Assembly (NCBI RefSeq): GCF_963676685.1
Contig: NC_092349.1
Location: forward strand, 63,438,924 to 63,502,923
Direction: 5' to 3'
Source: Mytilus edulis
Taxonomy: Eukaryota
DNA length: 64,000 nt
A program made the translations under genes and the position numbers. Below are positions 35,273-49,700 of the stretch, one piece after another (the stretch's first letter is position 1; every line of letters starts with the position of its first letter). Under the pieces are notes generated by a model, which was given only the letters and a program-made list of their open reading frames with translations, was not told where the DNA came from and searched no databases.

Positions 35273-36956
35273 GTAAGTAAAGCATGGTACATATTAACCG
35301 TCAGATATATACCTGGATATGAAAGTGCCTCTCTTAAATTACATTGAAAAAGAAAAAGATAAAAAAAAATATTTTGAAAACGAGTAAAGATATTTCACAT
35401 AATTAAAATCATTTGTCTAGGTACAAGTTACATATATATAAACTATATATATAAAGACAATCGACCATATTTATTGCACAAACACAAACACATTTACATT
35501 AAATGTTTATGGATATACAAATACATGTCTTTTATAAACTTGAATATGTACGCTTTTGTAACGCTTGTATGAAAGATCGTTCAGGGCTAACCTCAACATG
35601 ACCGGAAGGAAACCATCCCATATCTAGTGTTTCCATGTTTTAAATTTATTGTCAATATTTATGGCTTAATATCCGGGTTGTTTGCGCATCTTTTTTTTAC
35701 GTTATATAAATGAAGAGTTACGTTATGGTACATAAACGGTTGATCCCAATATTGGTAAAGCGTGCTTCATAGAGAGTTTCTTTGGTCAAACAATGGTCCC
35801 TGCAATTTATGTTTGTTTCGCATTTTGTATGTCATGTGAAGCGTTTTAAATAAATTATTTCTTTTCTTGTAAAAGAGGTTAGTTAAACATACTTGAATGA
35901 TCACTTTGATGGTCGAACATCCAAAAATCTGACCGTAAGTTTTTTAGAAGCGATGTCGTCTGCAAACTACGATGTTACTAGGTTTGTATAAATTAATCTA
36001 ATATACTTACAAGTTTTAGCTTTCTAAAAAGCTATGGACTGCTTCGCTACACCCTAATTCAAGGTAATATGTGTGCATGTGGTTGTTGAATTAGTATTGG
36101 AAATGTGGTATTTATAGATATTGATTGATATAAAATGGATGTACTTTAAAAGTGTGCGTTACATACCCATGTTTAAAAAAAAAATCTTTTTTAAAATAAA
36201 ATCAATTATAAATAGACACGACTTTTGATGTGTGCCTTTTTGGAGGTGTGCCTTAAGTTAGATTGTCAGAAAAATACAGATAATACATTTTTGTAAACAT
36301 TGTACTGATAGGAACATTGTTTAGCAAAGCAAATAGTGCAAATTGCAGAGTAACAAAGAAAATAAACACGTATTTAAAATAATTGATATTTCAATATTGA
36401 ATTTGTCTGTAAAATGTATGCATAATAAAATGAACATGAATTAATAACAGTTGATTGGAACTGAAATACACATAGTTAATTTTCCGTCATTTGATGTCTT
36501 ATCCTGGGCAAGAAAAGTCTGTATTTCCTTATCTCATTTAAGCCAATAGCTGTTGGTATATCTCAGCCTCATCATAACGCAACCAATCAGAATCTATACG
36601 TGATAAGTAATTTATTCAAGATGGCCTGTATTTTGACTAAACACTTTGAATTCGTCCTGTCAATGATGTTGGACTGATCTTCGTACATGTGTAGCGCGTG
36701 CAACACACACTTTTCGTTAATATGTCATTTAATACTAAGAAACGTAGAAAAAAAAATCATATATCTGTAATTAATCCTATTTTGCTGGACATTGAGAAAA
36801 CGGAAACAGCGGCTTTTCATTTATTTATGTAAACTAAAGGAGAACAAAAGCAACGTTTTTCTTTATTTATACAGAAAATAAATGAATTATAGTATTTCAA
36901 TGGCATACATCTTTACCATAATATGATATATGACAATTCTTTTATTTTATTTTCAG

Positions 36957-37324
36957 AATTTTGGAAGCCAAGTCCAAACCCGCCAGTTATTTGTCCGTCC
37001 TTGAATGCAATATTTCAGGATCCTTATAATTGTGCTTATCTATTCAAATGCGATTTGAATATTCCTGCGCGTGAAAGATGCCCAACAGGGATGCTCTTTG
37101 ATAACTCAATTAAAGCTTGCAATCACAAAGATGCAGTTCCATGTTACTCAATGATCACGTGTCCAAGTCACATGGGTTTGTTTCCGCATCCAGAAACATG
37201 CAAAAAATTCTTGAATTGTTTCGACAATATTCCATATGTGCAAAAGTGTCCACGTGACCTGTATTTTAACAATGAAACCAAAATCTGCGAAGAAGAGTAT
37301 AAAGTTAATTGCATATTTCACTGA
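36957..37324 (+). CDS. Secreted VWA + chitin-binding protein, terminal exon (two peritrophin-A / ChtBD2 domains), stop TGA 37322-37324
   Basis: The acceptor is ttttattttcag. Translation KFWKPSPNPPVICPSLNAIFQDPYNCAYLFKCDLNIPARERCPTGMLFDNSIKACNHKDAVPCYSMITCPSHMGLFPHPETCKKFLNCFDNIPYVQKCPRDLYFNNETKICEEEYKVNCIFH gives two 6-Cys modules with CBM14/peritrophin-A spacing. AATAAA lies at ~37547. Confidence 0.8.
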
Positions 37325-38422
37325 GATTCAGAAGTAGAATAACGTCCGTTAAATGACCTTTCAAAGGATAATGTGTAACAAACTGAAGATATTGAAATCC
37401 TGAATATATGAAGTTTCAAATTTGCCTTGAACACCAAAAACTGAGTTAGTTTGGTGACTATTGTGGTAAATAGAAGAGAAATTTCAGAAAACTTTGTATG
37501 AGGAGAACATATGGTGAGATGTGGTCAGCCTAGTGCTAAATAAATTGTAGAATACCAATAGTTAATTATATGCAAAAGTATGAAAAAAACATCTGGAATT
37601 ATATTAATGATATATGTAGCTTGTGGCTGCTCATAAGCATAAGGCAGAAATATGTTTTAACCATATCGCAAATGTTACGGTAATAATATTGCGTTGCATG
37701 ACTGTTAAAAATTATCTCCCCTGAAGAGTGTCTGTAATCTTGAATTTGACGTTTTAATCCAATGCATATGGCTTTTTTTTTTATCTGTTCAAAATAGTTT
37801 TGCTTATCAACAAAATTTAGGTTTGTTTATCAGCAATTAGTAGTTATGTTTATCTGATAATCAGCGGTATGTTGCTTTCTTTATCAACAAGTTATATATT
37901 ATAAGGAGATGTAGTATGTTCTACATCCAAACAAGTTAAACAACCATCAAACAGAGTCCAAATATTATGCATTTAAGAACTAAAAAGTCATGGCACGGCC
38001 TTCATCCATGAGCCAAACCAATAATGTACAGTCAGTCATATTACTCCTCGACATGATATCATGAATACAGCATTTAATAATGATAAAAAAAAAAAAAAAA
38101 ACGAAAAAAAAAAACGGGCTGAACAATAATAGATCTAAAACAAACAACCAGCACATGTATACAACAGTCAGCAATAAACAACAACCACTGAATATGTATA
38201 GCAATGCTATGATCCTTATTCCATTACTGAAAAAAACAAACTCTGAAAAAAACCCATCAATATTAGTAAAATAAAGTTTCGTCTTATTCCTAGCGATGTT
38301 AATCATACAGCAAACAAGATTGCATGATCATACTGAACATAATCAACTATAGACACTTGAATTATATGAAAATTACATACTTCGCCCTCTCAAGTATCAA
38401 AAAAGGTTTCTGTATATATACC

Positions 38423-38535
38423 CAGTGGCGGAAGGGGGGTCTGGGTGTTTGAATCCCCTTTTTGGCCGATCAATGCATTTGAATGGGGACATATAGTTGG
38501 AACCCCCCTTTTTAAAATTGCTGGATCCGCCCCTG
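38423..38535. mobile_element. MITE, GGCGGATCC-TIR family, 113 bp, flanked by 6-bp direct repeat TATACC (38417-38422 / 38536-38541)
   Basis: cagtggcggaaggggggtctgggtgtttgaatcccctttttggccgatcaatgcatttgaatggggacatatagttggaacccccctttttaaaattgctggatccgcccctg. Confidence 0.6.
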
Positions 38536-40236
38536 TATACCCGCAAAGGAATAACAATTATAAATGCCATATTAAATGTACATTTTTATACTAGTAAACC
38601 TTGTATATATTGGCGTATCTACGACTTGAACTGGACTGGTCAATTTGATGGTAAATATTGACAATATTATTGCTCAGATAATTTGTTCCTCAATAAAATC
38701 AATGAATAACGGCTATAAAATCATTTTTTTTGTCACAATGACAGCTAGCTATCGTGATTTTTTATAGACAGGAAAGGCATCAATGACAAATCCCAAGTTT
38801 ACACGGAAGTTACACATCGTTTAAGCAATCACTCGCATAGATAGATCACTTTCGGACAAACCAAATGACAGAAAGTATACATGTTAGACATGAATTATCT
38901 CCCTTTACATATGGAAAAAAAAAGAATTATCATAATATACTTAGATAGTCTCGATTACCCAGACGCATATTTAAATATAGCTCTACTTTGAAAAATAAAG
39001 CGGCTGTATGATCGAGACTAATACTTAGACAAAATAACATGAATTTTTACAGTATAATAAAAGCATTAAATTTTCGTAAATTCCATGTTTTTCGAATTGG
39101 TCCTTAGCGGGATGATATGAAAAGTTTATCACATGCTTTGATTATTATCACATGCCTTTCCATAACGTTATCGCACATGGCATGATTCCTGTGATACTCG
39201 GCAAATTCCGGAAAATACACCTCAATGGTACGTTTTCAGTGAAAAAATTTACAAATTATAGGGTACAAAAGAATTATTTGGATAATGGAGAGTATATTGT
39301 GTAAAATGAAAAAAAAAAAAACAAGATTTCATTTTCTGAACTTCTATTTGAGAACTTCGTAAAAGGATCCTTATTTTAATCTGTTATTTTTCTCCATTGT
39401 TGAAGCATATGATAAAAAGATCACAACATGGCATTTTTCATATCGCATGTATTATCATCCCTCGGTCAATTTCAGCCCTCGAGCCATGCGGCTCTTGTGC
39501 TGATATTGAACCTAGGGCTGATAATACATGCTATATGAAAAATGCCATGTACTAATCTGGTATTATCAGATCATTAAATATCAATGTTCGCATAAAATCT
39601 TTACTCTTAGAAGTCCAAAATATACTCAATGTACATGTATATGTTTTTCTTCGGTTTTGATGGGGTTCGTAGCTCCTTCTTTATAGTTTTCTATTATTTT
39701 GTTTTACGTTTTACCAATTAAGCCATTGTCATTTTGTTTTCGACCTAAGAGTTTGAATATGCATTTGGTAATGTAATACGAACCACACACATGTTTATCT
39801 CCCTTTTTCATCTTCGTCAATAGTCAAACATTTATTCTGTTGAATGGTCCCTAATTCGAAAAAAAATCCGATGTTATGATAAAAAAAAAATTATGAGTGA
39901 CAATCAGGAAAGTGAAAATGGCACAAATGCAGTTATAATTTTAGATGTATAATTTCAAATTGTTTCGATTAATTATTGACGCATAATTAGAAACATGCTT
40001 GGTTGCTTTTAAGAAATAAAAACATTTTTATAGCGGTTTTTTTTCCAAATGAATAAGCATACACAAAGACATTCTTTACGTTATTAGCATAATTCATATG
40101 AATTGAAAAATACGAAAAGATACATTTTACTTAATCATCCAAAACATGATTTAAGAGATCAATCATACATCATACAAAATACAGATTAAAATAGTTCATC
40201 ATAAACATACTTGGTTCATATGTACTTAGTTAAAAA

Positions 40237-40410
40237 GTATGAAGGAAAAGTATGTGCATATATAGAAAAAGTATAAAGAAAAAGGATGTGCATATATATA
40301 TATAGAAAAAGTATGTGCATATATAGACAAAGTATGTGCTTCTATAGACAAGTATGTGCATATATAGAAATAAGTATGTGCATATATAGACAAGTATGTG
40401 CATATAACGA
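40237..40410. repeat. Minisatellite (AAGTATGTGCATATATAGAMA)n x ~8
   Basis: Direct reading. ORFs 40226-40444 and 40230-40421 are repeat artefacts. Confidence 0.85.
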
Positions 40411-40789
40411 AATAAGTACAAATAAGGCAGCTATGGCGTTCCATACAGTTTAGTTTAATTTACAACGATGTTCCTAGATGTCACAGAAAGTCATTGTAGA
40501 CTAACTTAGCCAAACCCTTATTCAGAAAACTAAAGTTTTATAGCTGACTATGCGGTGTAGGCTTTGTTCAATGTTGAAGGCCGTACGGTGACCTATAGTT
40601 GTTAATTTCTGTGTCATTTTGGTCTCTTGTGGACAGTTTTCTCATTGGCAATCATACCACATCTTCTTTTTTATATTGTCTCGCAATGAACACTTACATC
40701 TCCTGTTCTTATCAAAGTAATGAAGAATCGTATCTCAGTCAGATGATTCATTAGAAAATATGTACATTATTATATTGTTATGTGTTTCT

Positions 40790-41100
40790 TTATTCTACAT
40801 TGGCTAGGGTAGTAGGGGGAGGGTTGGGATCTCACAAAATATGTTTTACCTCGCCGCATTTTTGCGCCTGTCCCAAGTTAGGAGCCTCGGGCCTTTGTAA
40901 GTTAATTTTAGTTCATTTATATATTTTGTATTTAATTAATTAAGTGTGACGTCCATTTTCACTGAACTAGTACACAATTTTATTTAGGGTCCAGCTGAGG
41001 ACAATATCCGGGTGTGGGATTATCTCGCTGCGGTGAAGACGCATAAGTGGCCTCCGACTGTTTGCTCTTTTGTCGGGTTGTTGTCTTTTTGATATATTCC
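40790..41100. repeat. Dispersed repeat; second copy 58530-58690 + 59340-59520 (split by the MITE/LINE insertions)
   Basis: gtgacgtccattttcactgaactagtacaca ~ atgacgtccattatcactcaactagtatacat. gggtgtgggattatctcgctgcggtgaagac ~ gggttgtgggattttctcgttgcattgaagac. tgatatattcccatttccatttctattt ~ tgatacattccccatttacatttcgatttt. Confidence 0.55.
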
Positions 41101-41169
41101 CATTTCCATTTCTATTTTTAAGATTGAAATCATCACGTTGAATCACATTTATCGTCGTCTTGTCTGCTT

Positions 41170-41400
41170 TGAGTTGTCGGAGGCTTGTTTGGTATTTTAA
41201 GTTGTCTGAATCTTCTTGAGTGCTTGAAGTTGTCATAGTTTTTCTGAGTGCTTTAAGATGTCGTAGTCTTCTTGAGTGTTTCGAGTTGTTGGATTCTACT
41301 AGAGTGTTTTGAGTTGTCTGAGTCTTCTTGAGTTTTTCAAGATGTCAGAGTCTTCTTGAGTGGTTTAAGTTGTCGGTGTCTTCTTGAGTGTTTTGAGTGA
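41170..41400. repeat. 21-bp minisatellite (gtcttcttgagtgtttyragttgtc) x ~10
   Basis: Direct reading. Confidence 0.85.
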
Positions 41401-43342
41401 AATCTTTCTTTTGTTGGATTGCTGTCCAAACACGTTTTTCTTCATATATCACGAAACGTGTTTCTGTAATAATATTCATCAGATATCAGAGGGTATTAAA
41501 AAGATTACTTTCACAGTGAAATTTAGTAATTTTAGGGAGACCATCCAAAAAAAAAATAAGAGAACTTGGAAATGCAAGATTGTCTTCTTGTGGCATTTCA
41601 GTATGTTCTGGAGTTTTCTTTAAATGTTATTGAACAAGGCATTATATTGAGTCGAAGGTAAATTTATTTTACCTTTGTGATGCAAAAGTGAATAGGATTT
41701 CCATGCGAATAACACCTGTTATTGTGAAAAAGATACATTCGTTTAAAAGATACCATGAGCCTGGAATGTGAATGCTTTCTTTTTTTACGAAAACGAATTA
41801 ATGCTAAGTAATTGTCTATTTGTCTTAAAATATTATTGTGAAGTGTTTTTCTAATTTAGTTATTTTCTTATCATATCTTGTTATTATTCGTGAACTTAAA
41901 AACTACTTAATTCTTTTGGATCATGCATTAACAATTTTAACCATCAATTAAGAGAATATCGTCACGTTGTTGGTTTAAATCGTGGATTATGGTGACATCT
42001 TAGGTTAATAAATGGATTCAGAAATGTGTCCGATATAAGCAAAATAAAACGACGGACGCAAAGTAATCAGATGGCAGCAGATAGAGATCGACACTATTTT
42101 AGTCCCAACTTTAATGCAGCATTTCGCCCCATTACAAATAACGACTTATACAGGGTATACAAACGATCGCACTACAGTTAAGACGAAAGCACCATGTTCG
42201 CAAATGCAACGATGAACAGTCACACATTATAGACTTCAAGGAAAGAGTTTAATTTCCAGTGACGCGGAAAGGAAATTTCAAAGATCAAACAAAGGTAAGA
42301 AAAATCACTAAATTATTCCGGTAAAATCTAATTAGATTTGGCGAATATAATTAGTGAAACTAATTAGTCAATTATATATTACTGTGACTGATTTAAGAAG
42401 AGCTGATGCTATAAAACAAGACACCACAGTTATTGAATAGACTGGTGTCATCATATTAAGACAGGCGCAGACATAAGACATGCTTAAAGTGTTATTTAGA
42501 GTCGGTATAAGCAATAAAATTACAAACATAAGCGCTGAAGAACTTATTAAACCGTCATCATGAATGCTCAAGACTTTACTTTGGAAAGCAAAAATGTAAA
42601 ACGTTTTCTAACTTTAGTAAAGACACAGATTGGCCACCAAAATCTTCAATAAAAATGCAATCACGTTTAATATTTAAAAAAAACTGTACAAATTGCAAGA
42701 AAATCACTAGACATCTTTTTGTAAAGATATTAATGCTTAGAATAATGACATTAATTTTCGGGTCAAAATACTAACTAAAGATATATCGGAGGCCAAAATT
42801 TAAACTGAAACTGCATGGATATTGTGATAGATATGTGTTATCTTTGGTTGCACAGGCTTACTAGTAAATTGTTTACTGTTCTCTTTTAAAATAAAGCATA
42901 TTAAAAAAAGAAAGTATAATTTGTAAAAATAAAAGCATAGGATTTTAAAAGTACTTATCCCCTGTTTAAATACACAAAAATAACATGAGGAGTTTCACAA
43001 TTAAAGATGGAATTACTTATTCTAATTCTCAATTACAGTGTTCATCCACAGCGATTTATAGTGAGAGGTTTAGCTAGTATAAAACCAGATTGAATCCACC
43101 ATTTATATTAAGACAAGGAAATGCCTGTATCAAGTAAGGAATTTAACAGTAGTTTTCCATTCGTATGATGTGTTTGAGTTTTTTATTTTGTCATTTGATA
43201 AAGGATTTCCCTTTTTGAATTTTCCATGGAGTTCGGTCTTTTTTGTTATTCTATTGTTTAAGTTCCCCTGTTTTCAGTTATTGTGATTTATTGAATTTCG
43301 AAATGTCTTCGGGATTGACATGATATTTTAACAAATCTTCTA

Positions 43343-43788
43343 TTAGAATGAAATTCAAAACAGTGTGGCTGTGGCCATCGATTGACACATTAAATTCATC
43401 CATTGACTGGGACAATTTAGGTGAACGTTTGTTTGTAACGACCACTGCTCACTATGTACTTTTTAAAGACACTTAAACTATGGGGTCACCAAAGGTTCTC
43501 AACATCTTAATAAAGTAATTCGAAAAATTAATCAGAAATAACACGATGTTTGATTTATACCAATTATATAAATTAAAACATAAAGGTTATTCCTGATTAA
43601 TTTTTCGAATTATTTTATAATTAAAGCCTTAAAAAACCTTTGGTGACCCCACAGTTTAAATGTCTATCGTAGGTACGTCGTTAACAGTGGTCGTTACAGA
43701 CAAACGTTCACGTAAATTGTCACAGTCAATGGATGAATTTGATGTGTCAATCAATGGCCACAGCCACACTGTTTTGAATTTCATTCTA
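43343..43788. mobile_element. Palindromic MITE (~446 bp): ~200-bp inverted arms around a ~43-bp loop, candidate TA target-site duplication (Tc1/mariner-like)
   Basis: The left end ta|GAATGAAATTCAAAACAGTGTGGCTGTGGCCATCGATTGACAC... is the revcomp of the right end ...GTGTCAATCAATGGCCACAGCCACACTGTTTTGAATTTCATTC|ta. The arms stay co-linear to 43542/43586. Confidence 0.55.
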
Positions 43789-45051
43789 TTTGATGTTTGT
43801 CTTTCCAGTAACTAAATAATCAATGACTTGTGTAAGGTCAATGACCTCTCTCATAAGTAACCCGTACTGTTTATCTTTCCGGAGAATCTTCAATAATTTT
43901 GGCAAACAGGAGAAACTGAGTGACTTCCGAATTAATAATGACTAAAATATTTTACTGATACAATTTCTTCTGTTGAAACTCATCTTAGCAAAATGAATAA
44001 TAAAAAACCCAATGTAAACAACACTAAGATAAGAATTTCAGAAAATTGCCAAGCATTTGAATTTAAATAAAAACATGATAAGAGTCAAATTGACACACAC
44101 CGATGTATAGTATGCCGGACTTATTTTCCTTTTTGGGACAAGTATGTTTGTCCGGCGCCAGAAATTATTATATATCCAAACTCGGTCTATAGTCACTGTG
44201 ACGTTTCGAACATAATCTATGCATTACTGGTAAATTATTAAGGCAAGAAGAGAAAGTACAAATGTCTTAAAACCTTTGATAAATTATTTCAAAAGTACAC
44301 AGGTTTGGTTTGGACGTTTGGTACTACCTATAGAAAAATTATTATAACGGCATAGCACATACTTTAATTATACGGTGATATTGTTTACCGAGTACATAAA
44401 CTTAGATACAATCTTGGTAAACTTATTGAACATTTCAATAAACTTATTTTAAAAAGTTACAAAATTCAACACTGTAATTATATCTTTGAATATTATTTTC
44501 ATCGGTATGAGTGTTAATTTTGTTATCAATAAATTAAAACCTACCTAAATTTTAATGTTATACACATATGTAAAAATATGGAGATGTGGTATGTTTGCGC
44601 CAATGAGACAACTACCCATCAAAGTTCAAATAGAGTGAGAGAAGTAATAATGGGGAACTGTACGGCCTTCAACAATAAGAAAAAAAAACCATACAGTATA
44701 GTTGGCTGTAAACGTCCTGACAAGAAAAAAATGAAATAATTCAATTGCGAAAACTAAGAGCCAGGACCCGTATGCATAAAACTACTTAAGTTTAGAAATC
44801 CATCGTAGTACCTGATTTACAACCAAAATTTGTTTAGGATTTGCAAATATCACAGACAAGAAGCAAGGACAACCACTGATATACAGGTTCGTGATATTGG
44901 ACAGGTACAAAATGTATATAAAGGGTCGGGGACGTTTGTGCTTTTTAACCTGTTACACGAAAGGACATTTGCGCTCCAAACACTATGGGCATATGCCTTT
45001 TAATCTTTTAAGTTGTTTGGACGGTTGCGCTTTTTATATGACAGTTTACCC

Positions 45052-46783
45052 GTAATCGTACGGAAGCGTATTAGGGACATAGAAAAAATAAAATTGGCAT
45101 TGAACTTTTTTTTCAAAGTCAAAATTTTGACTTTTCAAATCTCGAAATTTTGACTTTAACTTGAAATTTTGACTTTTAAAATCCCGAAATTTTGACTTTA
45201 AATTGAAATTTTGACTTTCTAAAGTCTTAAAATTTCTACTTTTTGAAAAGTCGAAATTTTGACTTTTTTGAAACTCGAAATTTCGAATTACAAAAAGTCG
45301 AAATTTCCACTTTAAACTCGAAATTTCGAGTTTTTTGAAACTCGAAATTTTGACTTATTTAAAACTCGAAATTTTGACTTATTCAAAACTCAAAATTTCG
45401 ATTAATTTAAAACTCGAAATTTCAACTTATTTTAAACTCAAAATTTCGACTTTTTTAAAACTCGAAATTTCGACTTATTTTAAACCCGAAATTTCAACTT
45501 ATTTTAAACTCAAAATTTCGACTTTTTGTAAACTCAAAATTTCGAATGTTGAAATCGCGAAATTTTGAATTTTTTTAAATAATTTTAAAACTTTGATGTT
45601 AGTATTCAAACACAGTTATTACAATTTTAGAAGGAGTAGACATGGACGCAAATTATTAAAGCGTCTTCCACACATTTTGTCAATTTATATTCAAAAATTT
45701 GTTTTGTTCTTAAATTAAGATATGGATCAGCATTTAATATTGAAGAAATCATTCGTAAAAAGAACATGCATGTTGACAGAATCCCCCCCCCCCCCCATAT
45801 TTCATTTTTTAGTTTCCACGACACTGTCATAGGATCGTCAGATCTGAGGACATTTAGCATCACAGTTTCAAAGGCTTGTTTGGTATCCCAATAGCAAGTC
45901 ACTGACTTTGCCTTGTTTAAACAAAATGCCATTCATATTCAGGACGACCAATGAGTTGCTCAGTTTTCTAGTTTTGGAAGTTTGCATTCTTATAACACAA
46001 CTATTAACCCTTGTCTTTATATATTAGACTGTTGAATAAAAGTATATCGTAATATAGGTGTGTCGGAATAGCGGGGGTGTCTTGATACACATATCTGAAG
46101 TTCAGACTTGAAGTATGTATTCGAACGTGAAACATATTTTATTTATTCTTCGCCAAAACAAGATTTTCTATCTAAAATAACCTCTCTAACATGGTTTAGT
46201 TTATTAAAATATGCTTATGAAGTTTGTGATGTATATGACTCTCCGCCTTGCTGATATAAATGACTGTGAATGTGGTAATCGCAAACGTATAAATACTGAG
46301 GAAAAGTCGAAATTTTAAGTTTAAAGAAAGTTGAAATTTTGAGTTTAAAAGAAGTCGAAATTTCGAGTTTAAAAGAAGTCGAAATTTCGAGTTTAAAAGA
46401 AGTCGAAATTTCGAGTTTAAAAAAAGTCGAAATTTCGAGTTTAAAAAAAGTCGAAATTTCGAGTTTAAAAAAAGTAGAAATTTCGAGTTTAAAGTCGAAA
46501 TATTGAGTTTAAAAGAAGTTGAAATTTCGAGTTAAGAAAAAGTCGAAATTTCGAGTTTGGAGAAGGCGAAATTTCGAGTTTAGAAAAAGTCGAAATTTCG
46601 AGTTTTAAAAGAGTTGAAATTTCAAGATTTTAGAAAGTCAAAATTTTAAGATAAGAAAAGTTAAAATTTCGAGTTAAAGTCGAAATTTTGAGATTTGAAA
46701 TGCCAAAATTTTGACTTTGAAAAAAAATGTCACTACCAATTTTATTTTTTTTCTATGTCCCTAATACGCTTCCGTATAATCGT
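45052..46783. mobile_element. Foldback-like element (1.73 kb): arms 45052-45590 / 46296-46783 built of ~25-bp sub-repeats whose core TCGAAATTTCGA is itself palindromic; ~700-bp unique middle
   Basis: The outer ends gtaatcgtacggaagcgtattagggacatagaaaaaataaaattgg and ccaattttattttttttctatgtccctaatacgcttccgtataatcgtaac are inverted. Inside are (aactcgaaatttcgacttatttta)n and (agtcgaaatttcgagtttaaaagaa)n. The 77-aa ORF 45335-45568 is a repeat artefact. Confidence 0.7.
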
Positions 46784-49700
46784 AACTAAATTTAATTTGG
46801 CTCGTTTAATTTTCTTAAAATGTTGACAAAGTATTTATACTTTGACCATTTGACAAAAATATTTTAAAAACATGAACCACACATTTTGTCTGAAAAAAAT
46901 TCATTTGGGTATATAATAGTTTGGCGAACATTTTTTTTTATCATCGAGATCTTAATATTTCATAAACAATAGAACGTGTTGAAAACGTTCAGGCGATTTT
47001 ATAGAGTTATCTCCATGTAGTGTTTTGTACCACATTAAATTAAGTAAAGCTGTTCACATATTCTTTGGCAGGTCCACTATACAAACCACAAAATCGGGAA
47101 AAAATATTCGGTAAACGATAGAGATTTGTTTTCTTGGATAGAATTTAAAAATCTGTGCCTTAAATTCTTAAAGCAGCTTGATACAATTCGTGTATTTTTA
47201 TAAAAGGAAACTATCAGACTATATCATCATAGTTAAACTTTATTATCAATTTGTGATGACCGAAAGATAAGTGTTTAACTCAACTGCTGTTCATGTTGAC
47301 TTTAAAGAAAGAAACATTGTTGTTATAAGACATTTACTTCCATCCGCCCTCTTGTAGTGTTGTCGTTTTTAGGTTTGACACAAGCATGATGGCGGAAGGT
47401 TTTAAGTACATAAATTGACACAGCATTATATAATGAGCAAAATCCATACTTATAATGAAATGAATGTTGAACAAAACAAATGACCTTATGTTGATCTTGC
47501 CAGAATGTATGAATGTTTATGGTATCTTTACATAGAATGTTGACTGCTCTCAGTTATTTTATCTTGGATAAAAGTTGGTGTTGAGGTCATAATATTGATA
47601 CAAATTGTCAAATTGCATAATAAAATATCAAAATCTCGAGGTAAATATAAGAACGGAGCAAATTAAAAGCGACGTACCTAGCAAGAAAATATGTATTTGA
47701 ACATCCAATACTTAAAATGAAGCTTTGGGCAAATAAAAATAAATAAAAATAAGACTATATTAAAAAAAAAAAATATTTTTGATATTAGAAAAAAAGATCT
47801 AAAATGATATTATGAAATATAAAAATTAGTATCCAATAAATCATAACAAATAAGGTTACACCATATAAAATCTGACCTTATAATTTCAAGGTGTTCGCTT
47901 GCTAAAAGGCATAAAATCTTTGACATGTAATGTTTATTCATATTATGTTACGATTCCGCAGTAAATAATGACAGATTTGTCTCCCGTTAAGTCAGATTTA
48001 CACATTTATACTCTCGGTACATATATTTTATTTCACAATGTGCACATCTACCTGCATATACAGTAGTATAATGCGGTAATAACATTGTCTTCCCTCAAAC
48101 ATGACAAGAGTTGACAGTTACATATCAAGACAATCATTGTCACGCATAGTCAGACTATCTATTATTACTTACTAGGAGTATCTGTCATTCACCAAAAAAA
48201 ATATATTGATCATTTTCTATATGTATTGGGATTTTACTAAATAATCAGGTAAAGATATTATTTAACTTTTTGTCATTTTTTGGTGATGGTTTTATATTAA
48301 TATGCAGTCGCAGGGTAAAGATTTGAAATAAAGAAAAAATAAACATTTCGGAAAGCATTTTATTTTTAGATGTTTACATGCATTAATTAGACGATGCACT
48401 AAATATATATGCACGAGAACTCGGAAATTGCCTTTCTATCTGAGGTGACTTCTTTTTTAAATTGCGTTCCATTCTAATAATCTACACATATTGACGCTAA
48501 ATAAGTTAGTCTTTTTAATTTGTTTCTTTGCGTTACGCGGTGAAAACATATCCGCAGTTGAAAACGAGTTCGAAATATTTCAATTTTTTTTTCGGTAAAA
48601 AAAGACGACATCTTATGTTACGCAATAAAACAAAAAAATATAAAAAGGCGTCTGACATTTGGTACGGCAGGTCGCTATCAAACAAATTAATTTCAAATGC
48701 TAATACTTGTCAACTTTATATACTGTTGTTACTTTTGTTTTAATACACGATTAAGACGTCAATGCCATATAGATGCAATTATGAACATCATGATATTCAA
48801 ATTTTATGTTTATATTAATATTCTAATTTAGCTTAACCTTGCCAAATATATTTCATATCATTCGCTTGCGTCAGTAACGAATCGAAAATATATAATTTAA
48901 ATTTGTCTTTGGTGAAATTGATACTCTTTATGACTTCATAAGAATATATGATGTTCGGTGCAAGCTAAGACTCCGTGCCGAAGACCGTACTTTGACCTAT
49001 AATGGTTTACTTTTACAAATTGTGACTTGGATAGAGAGTTGTCTTATTGGCATTTATACCACATCTTCTTGTATCCATATAGCATGATGCCGATAACAGT
49101 TATAATTTTTTTTTATATAAAATTGTTCGTGTAATTGCATTTTATGAAGGTCTAGTTAGTGGTTCAACATTTTCTTATTTTTTACTTTGTTTTTGCCATT
49201 TCCTTATCTAATTCTGTAAATTAACATGTAAAATATTTTACTATTAAATTTATCTGTATTTGCACTATTTTTCAATTATGTACATCGTTTATTTCGTATA
49301 ATTTCGTTCTGTTTCATTTTTAATTCCTTAACACCATCGAACTATGTATATATTTTGCTTTTTTTATTACCTAAAAATATTGCATTGTACATGTACATAA
49401 TAAGTAACTGTAATGATTGCATTTTGTTTTATTTATAATTCTGAAAAGATAGTCTTTGCTCAATTTGTTTTAAATTTTTCAGTATGTTGAAAACCCTTCT
49501 TTTAACATTCAAATGTCTGTATTACGCAATAAATAACGAAAAGGATTAAAAATGTAAGGTAATGTTTTAAGATTAATTAATGTTAAATGTACATGTCTTA
49601 TACGAGATTATTCATTTGTATAAGTATTGAAATTCGTAGACACTCATTCAGAAAAACCACACCGAACAACATGCTGTTTGTTTTCTTCAATTTGACTGAT

